DNA of 42,768 nt, taken from positions 1 through 42,768 of IMG/VR virus record IMGVR_UViG_3300025087_000016; one strand, given 5' to 3'. The notes beneath the pieces are model-generated. The model was not told the origin of the DNA and did no database searches. It saw only the letters and a list, made by a program, of their open reading frames with translations. The stretch is from a virus (Duplodnaviria > Caudoviricetes). Both the position numbers and the translations under genes were made by a program. Of the stretch, positions 37,211 through 42,768 are shown piece by piece. Every line of letters begins with the position of its first letter. The stretch's first letter is position 1.

Positions 37211-37558
37211 ATGGCTTTAATAAAAAGAATCAATTATTACATAGATGATTCTGGATATTATCGCAGGATACCGTGGGATTCATGGTTACAGGATGGTGAT
37301 TTTGTTGGTTTATCTCCTGTTGGAATACAACTTGAATCAGAAATTAATTTTAGTTCTGTAGGAGTAGTTGAAGCTTTTTTGGATTTTCTTGATATTGAAT
37401 CTAATCCTAATCTACACGAATCAGATGTAATTGGCCTAAATATTCAAACAGATGAAAGAACTTTTTTAGAAACATACGAAAATGTAATAGGAATGTATGA
37501 ATCTGAATGTTCTCAAACATATGAATTTGATTATGACAAATCGGAGTATTACGAATGA
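37211..37558 (+). CDS. Acidic hypothetical protein, paralog B
   Basis: GGAG RBS; RRIPW; similar length and layout to paralog A. Confidence 0.6.
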   Translation: MALIKRINYYIDDSGYYRRIPWDSWLQDGDFVGLSPVGIQLESEINFSSVGVVEAFLDFLDIESNPNLHESDVIGLNIQTDERTFLETYENVIGMYESECSQTYEFDYDKSEYYE

Positions 37559-38445
37559 GAACTTTTAGCCAAGTTCAAAATGATGTTAGAACATGGATAA
37601 AAGAAGTTTCTGGAGATTCTGGTTATTGGACTAATCAAGAAATTAAAGATGCTATAAATGAAACATATCATTTTATAGCAGATCAAACAATGTGTTTTAA
37701 ACTTGAAGAAATTATTCAAGTAAAGGCAAATATACGAAAGTATAAACTTCCAGAAAACTATGTAGTGGGAAGTTTATATCGTGTTGAGTTTAACGATAAA
37801 AGAATTTTTCCAATAACATCTGGTGAATTAGATGCTTTAAGTTCTACTTGGAGAAGTACAACTTCTGAAACTCCAACTCATTTTATTCCTCCAGGTGATA
37901 TTTGCAACACAGATGAAATTATATTATATCCTTGTCCATCTGTAGATGGTAAAGAATATAATTTAGCATCTGATTCAAAAGATGATGGAGTAATTGTTTC
38001 CGTTGGTGATGATTCATTTGAAGAATTTGAATCAGATGAAGGTGTTTTAGTTGCAACTAGTGGCGAAGCTCATTTTGATGAAACAGAAGGTACTGGACCC
38101 GTATTAGACATAAAAGATTCTGAAAATAATGTTAGAATATTCGGTGCAAAATATCCAAAAAGGTTATTTAATGATAATGAAGTATTCTTACATCCATTGA
38201 GTAATAATCCTAGAAGTATATTAACAAATGGATCTTTAGCTATACTTTTATCAAAAGAAGGTGATGGAAAAGATATAGCTAAATCTAGTTATTTTAACAA
38301 AAGATTTATGGAAAGTATGCCTATGTTTCAGAGATCAAAACTCAAAAGAATACATAGGATGAGAAGTATAACAGAATTATCACTACATGAAAGTGGTAAT
38401 TATGGTTTGAATCTTGGCGAACACTATCCAACTTATGTGAGATAA
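37555..38445 (+). CDS. Head-tail adaptor (tail tubular protein A-like)
   Basis: T.......VR....E.....WTNQEI...INE; Y.LP; W....ETP..F; LYPCP. Confidence 0.7.
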   Translation: MRTFSQVQNDVRTWIKEVSGDSGYWTNQEIKDAINETYHFIADQTMCFKLEEIIQVKANIRKYKLPENYVVGSLYRVEFNDKRIFPITSGELDALSSTWRSTTSETPTHFIPPGDICNTDEIILYPCPSVDGKEYNLASDSKDDGVIVSVGDDSFEEFESDEGVLVATSGEAHFDETEGTGPVLDIKDSENNVRIFGAKYPKRLFNDNEVFLHPLSNNPRSILTNGSLAILLSKEGDGKDIAKSSYFNKRFMESMPMFQRSKLKRIHRMRSITELSLHESGNYGLNLGEHYPTYVR

Positions 38446-38449
38446 AAAA

Positions 38450-40555
38450 ATGAGCGATCAAATATACTCTAAGGGTTATATAGGTAGTGAAGATTTACAA
38501 ATAGGAACTGGAACTTTCCTCAGAAAGAATCATCTTGGATCATATATAGAAAGAACACAAGTAAACAAGTCACATTTTGGTATAGATTGGTATGCCGATG
38601 CTAGAGATTATGTAAATTTTGCTACTGCCATATCAGAACTTAATGATTTGGAAACTAAAGTTTTATTAATAGTTTCAAGTCTAATGGATGTTCCTCAAGA
38701 AGTAACATGTAATTCAAATGTATATGTTTGGTTTGTAGGAGAAGGTAGTTTAAATAATACTGGAAATATTACTTTCAATTCTCCCTCTCATGTAAAAGCT
38801 GAAAGCAATCAAACTATATTTACTGGTAGTGGAACTATTAGTTTTACTAATCCAGGTATAATGTATCCTGATTGGTGGAAGAAAAATACTACTCCAGGAA
38901 CTACAGATATGTATGCTGCTATTTATGCGGCAGAAACAGCTTGTTCAAATGGTGGAACTATTAAATTCAATGAGTATAATACATATGTAATATCAACTGA
39001 TCTAAGCATAGGTAGTGATATTATATTAGACTTGACAAATGCAGAACTATCAATAGATTCCGCTATAGTTCTTACTATATACTCTGCTGCTTGTATAGTA
39101 GCACCTAGAAATAAAAAGATATTTACAGGTGAAGGTAATGTAGTTTTTTCTACCGCAGATGAAGAAGTTATTTTTAATTGGTTTGAAACATCAGCAAAAG
39201 CTGTTTATGCTACTCCTATCGGTGGATCTCTGTTGCTTCTTGGAACTTTAGATTTTGCTGATTATGGTGTTATTAGTTCTACGAAACCGATATATATACG
39301 TGGTATTGGATGGGGAAAATTCTCAGATGGTAAATTTTATGGAACAAAAATCATAAATAGTGGAGATGATGCAATAGATTCTCCATGTATCACAATAGAT
39401 GGTGGTGCAGTTGGTGAAAGATTACATCATCCAATGATTAGAAATATATATATTCAACACGAAGGCGGTACATCTTTTGCTATATCTCTTGATGAAACTA
39501 CTTATAACAGAATAGAAGAAGTATATATAGATTGTAATTTTCTTGGTTATGGTGGAATAAATACTCTTGATGTTGGCGGAGCTAGTTTCGGAAGTTTTTT
39601 TACTACTATAACAAATTCGAGAATTTCTTGGTTTACCGCTTATGGAATAAAATTTGAAGGAGCTGGTTCTGTACATAAAGTAATTGATTGCCATGTAAAT
39701 ACTAACCAAGATGATGCTGTTGGTATTTATACTAACAGGGAAGGAACTTCAATAGTTGGTGGTCAAGTTGGATTATCTGGTGAAAATAACATTGGAATAT
39801 ATTTTTATAATACTGCAAGTTCTATTTTCAGGGGTGGTTATGTTAATCAAGTTTTCTTTGAGAATTTTACCGCAACTAGTAAATGTGTAAGTATAGATGG
39901 AAACACACATGCTTTTAATGATGTAAAACTTGAAGGACTAAGGGCCAGTCTTTCAAATAATTTAGGTATTTTTTGTAATTTTGGAAGGGCTGGTTTTTGT
40001 ACTTTAATACATTCTATGCTTTCAGAATTATTAGGTGGTGGAACCGCTGTTGCATGGGGTGAAAATTCTTTAAATTGTACTGTAGATAGTGGATCTATGT
40101 ATGCAATGGTATATACAGTTCATGCTTCAGCAATTAGAGCATTTTTTCGACATGGGCCTATATCTGAAAGTAATTTAGGAAATATTCAAACAGACGCTAA
40201 TATAACTATTTCTGTAGATTGGATTACTGAATGGAAAACTCCAATGTTGTGGGATGGTACAAGTTGGAGAAAAACAGATACATCAAGAATTTCAACTGCA
40301 ACAATGTCAGGAAATGAAACGATGACTGCCGAAGATGGAAATGTTTGGATTAGAGATCCAAATGGATCTAATAGAAATTTAGTAATTTCAGATGCAGACT
40401 TTTTTCCAGGTGAAGAAATTACTGTAATAAATACCGCTGCTGGAGCGAATAGTCTTATGTTTGATTCTGCTGGAATAAACCAAGCTGTAGCTCAAAATCA
40501 ACGTGGAATTTTTAGATTTGATGGAACTGACTGGTACACTATTTTTGTTGGATAA
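38450..40555 (+). CDS. Tailspike with right-handed beta-helix (depolymerase-like)
   Basis: PDWW...PGTTD...AI.AA head motif, then pectate-lyase-like repeats (IYIRGIG, GIKFEG, GIYFYN). Confidence 0.75.
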   Translation: MSDQIYSKGYIGSEDLQIGTGTFLRKNHLGSYIERTQVNKSHFGIDWYADARDYVNFATAISELNDLETKVLLIVSSLMDVPQEVTCNSNVYVWFVGEGSLNNTGNITFNSPSHVKAESNQTIFTGSGTISFTNPGIMYPDWWKKNTTPGTTDMYAAIYAAETACSNGGTIKFNEYNTYVISTDLSIGSDIILDLTNAELSIDSAIVLTIYSAACIVAPRNKKIFTGEGNVVFSTADEEVIFNWFETSAKAVYATPIGGSLLLLGTLDFADYGVISSTKPIYIRGIGWGKFSDGKFYGTKIINSGDDAIDSPCITIDGGAVGERLHHPMIRNIYIQHEGGTSFAISLDETTYNRIEEVYIDCNFLGYGGINTLDVGGASFGSFFTTITNSRISWFTAYGIKFEGAGSVHKVIDCHVNTNQDDAVGIYTNREGTSIVGGQVGLSGENNIGIYFYNTASSIFRGGYVNQVFFENFTATSKCVSIDGNTHAFNDVKLEGLRASLSNNLGIFCNFGRAGFCTLIHSMLSELLGGGTAVAWGENSLNCTVDSGSMYAMVYTVHASAIRAFFRHGPISESNLGNIQTDANITISVDWITEWKTPMLWDGTSWRKTDTSRISTATMSGNETMTAEDGNVWIRDPNGSNRNLVISDADFFPGEEITVINTAAGANSLMFDSAGINQAVAQNQRGIFRFDGTDWYTIFVG

Positions 40556-40558
40556 AAC

Positions 40559-42691
40559 ATGTATAAAGAATTTACAGTAAGTTTTCATAAAGGACTTCGT
40601 GAGAATGGTTCTCCTAGAATATTTGAAGATGGAGAATGTTCTATAGCACAAGATTGCTATTTTGATGAATTAGGAAATATCTATTCAAGGAAATTTATAA
40701 ATGTAGTATCAAGTTTTGATGATAAGATTAAAACTATATTTCCATATAATTATCAAAATAGGCTATTAATATCTACTAAAAATGGGAACCTTTATGATTA
40801 TAATGAAAGTATAAATAATTCTGAAAAACTTATTTCTAATAGCATAGGATCAGATAAGTTATCTTGTGTTGAATATAATAATATAGCTTATTTGTTTAAT
40901 AAATTTTGTGCTAAAGCGTACAATGGAGTAAGTATAAGAAATGTTGGAAATCCTGCTCCTACAATAGCTCCAGTAGTAAGCGTAATAAATAAAGTAATAG
41001 ATAATGCTACTACAAATTGGACTGCTTCCGCTAATGTAACATCTTCAGTAGATGAACATAATTTTAAAGTAAGTCCAAGTTCAATTAAACTAGATGTAGC
41101 ATTAGCTTTTACAACTGGTGTAATAGCTTATCATGATTTTAGTGAAGCTATAGATTTAAGTAGCTATACACATATTGGATTTTGGTTTAAATCGAGTAAA
41201 GATTTAAGCACTGGAGATATAGAATTTTTACTTGATGATACGCCAGCTTGTGTTAGTCCATTAGATACTATAGATATTCCAGCTTCAAGTGTTAATACTT
41301 GGAAATGGATAGAAATAGAAATACCAACTGGATTAACAAGTGTAAAATCCATTGGATTGAATATGCCAGTAGACATTGGAGTAGTTACACTTAGGATAGA
41401 TAAAATAACTGCTGTTCTAAAAGGTAACTTAAATGGTACATATTACTATAAGTATAGATATGTAGATAAGAATAACAAAGAAAGCTCAGATAGTCCAATT
41501 TCTGAAGCTATTAGTTTAAATGATGAATATGCAAATATAGAAGTATTTGCAAGTCCAAGTAGTGAAATAATTAAGATGAATTTATACAGGCTTGGCGGAA
41601 CTTTAACGGACTGGTATTTTGTAAGAAAAATAAGTAAGTCCAGTCAAGATGATATTCAAGATAATAAAGCTGATACAGATTTAATTACATTATGTGAAGA
41701 TAATATAAACGATCCACCACCTGCTGGTTTGAGTTATATAGTAGAGCATTATGAAAGACTAATAGGTGTTAAAGATAATACTTATCCTAATAGTATAAAT
41801 TTTACAAAAGAATATGAACCTGAGTATTGGGGAAATAATTATAATCAACAGTATTTAGTTTCTAATTCTGATCCATGCACTGGTTTAGTTTCATGGGGGA
41901 GATATTTAATATTATGGAAAATAAATAAAATATATATAATTGAAAATACAGATCCTACAAAATGGAATATAACAAAATCTTCAAGTAATAGTGGAAATAT
42001 AGCTCCATTTGCAGTTAAATGTTTTAATATACCTGTATCTGTTTTGGCTTCATATAGTTTGCCATTGTATATAAATTATTCGGGATGGTTCGCTTTCGAT
42101 GGAAACAAGGAGATTTACTTATCGGACAAGGTAAGAAATTTCTTTAAAACAAATAAAAGATTACTACCTAATGCGATAAGTGAATTACATGATAATAAGT
42201 TTTACTTGTTATTACCAGATTATATTATTCTAATTTATGACTTCATACAGAAAATATTCTATACTCAAAAGTTAAAATTAAGTGAAATAAGTTATAACTA
42301 TTTGAATAACTTTCTATACGCTGGAGATGAAAACAATAATCTTGTTAAGCTAGAACAAGATATAAATGTAGATAGTTATGACTCTGTTGATTTTAAAATC
42401 AAGAGTAAGGCATATCCATTACATGATGTTCCTAATATGGAAGGTAGTTTACGAAATTTCATACTATGTATAAATACTAAGAATCAAGATGTATTGTTTA
42501 ATATATACATAGATGGAGTATTGGTTCAAACTATCACTATTAATACTTCCCATGTAGAAAGATTACGAAGAAGTTTCAATAGTAATTTAACCGGAAGATT
42601 TGTAGAATTTGAGTTTGTTTACTCAGGAACAAAACAAATTTATATAGAACTACCCATTATCATAAACCCGAAAGATAAATTAAATGTCTGA
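40559..42691 (+). CDS. Tail nozzle (tail tubular protein B-like beta-propeller) with inserted carbohydrate-binding-like domain
   Basis: F..GL....SP...DGE...AQ..YFD..G; APTIAP...GNLNGTYYYKY; HYERL; insert IDLSSYTHIGFWFKS...NTWKWIEI. Confidence 0.7.
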   Translation: MYKEFTVSFHKGLRENGSPRIFEDGECSIAQDCYFDELGNIYSRKFINVVSSFDDKIKTIFPYNYQNRLLISTKNGNLYDYNESINNSEKLISNSIGSDKLSCVEYNNIAYLFNKFCAKAYNGVSIRNVGNPAPTIAPVVSVINKVIDNATTNWTASANVTSSVDEHNFKVSPSSIKLDVALAFTTGVIAYHDFSEAIDLSSYTHIGFWFKSSKDLSTGDIEFLLDDTPACVSPLDTIDIPASSVNTWKWIEIEIPTGLTSVKSIGLNMPVDIGVVTLRIDKITAVLKGNLNGTYYYKYRYVDKNNKESSDSPISEAISLNDEYANIEVFASPSSEIIKMNLYRLGGTLTDWYFVRKISKSSQDDIQDNKADTDLITLCEDNINDPPPAGLSYIVEHYERLIGVKDNTYPNSINFTKEYEPEYWGNNYNQQYLVSNSDPCTGLVSWGRYLILWKINKIYIIENTDPTKWNITKSSSNSGNIAPFAVKCFNIPVSVLASYSLPLYINYSGWFAFDGNKEIYLSDKVRNFFKTNKRLLPNAISELHDNKFYLLLPDYIILIYDFIQKIFYTQKLKLSEISYNYLNNFLYAGDENNNLVKLEQDINVDSYDSVDFKIKSKAYPLHDVPNMEGSLRNFILCINTKNQDVLFNIYIDGVLVQTITINTSHVERLRRSFNSNLTGRFVEFEFVYSGTKQIYIELPIIINPKDKLNV

Positions 42692-42768
42692 GCAAGTAGG
42701 ATACATAAATAACTTAGATTTACAAGAAATAAACGACAAGTTTCGTATTATACAAAATTTGTTCGATG
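42642..42768. repeat. Terminal direct repeat (right copy)
   Basis: Identical to 1-127. Confidence 0.95.

Noticed and set aside
40993-41403. ATAGATAA direct repeat flanking the nozzle insert as a fourth cargo boundary
   Set aside because: Very AT-rich and likely by chance; collapse does not give a clearly better junction
38450-42691. Diversity-generating retroelement acting on tail genes
   Set aside because: No reverse transcriptase ORF and no template/variable repeat pair seen

Overview
A complete, circularly assembled, AT-rich tailed phage genome. The last 127 nt repeat the first 127 nt, giving a unit length of 42,641 bp, and the layout is podovirus-like with no tape-measure gene. The + strand arm (about 22.4 kb through the origin to 5.5 kb) carries terminase, lysis genes, portal, scaffold, capsid, a sulfotransferase/glycosyltransferase/methyltransferase cassette, adaptor, tailspike, nozzle, fibre and putative ejection proteins. 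The - strand arm (19.0 to 5.5 kb) carries early genes, an SNF2 helicase, nuclease, SSB, primase, MCM helicase and nucleotide-metabolism genes. I recognised no DNA polymerase, integrase or repressor. The main observation is that core genes look interrupted by cargo bounded by in-frame 5-nt direct repeats. (1) A primase-MCM fusion is split inside its Toprim domain by exactly 240 nt encoding a KhpA-like KH protein (TGGAG repeats, GGA-stop take-off and GGA landing, ends able to base-pair). (2) The large terminase appears separated from its N-terminal part by 1,606 nt holding three genes, including an ADP-ribosyltransferase-like gene (CCTAG repeats). (3) The SNF2 helicase carries a 97-codon DnaJ J-domain insert (GACAA repeats). 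This suggests an undescribed genes-in-pieces or long-range recoding system. The ~1.4 kb control region has a dif-like site, two sigma54-type promoters with palindromic enhancer-like boxes upstream of an operon of tiny unannotated ORFs, a 29-T tract and tandem Shine-Dalgarno-like repeats. All family calls come from motif recognition by eye, not database searches.
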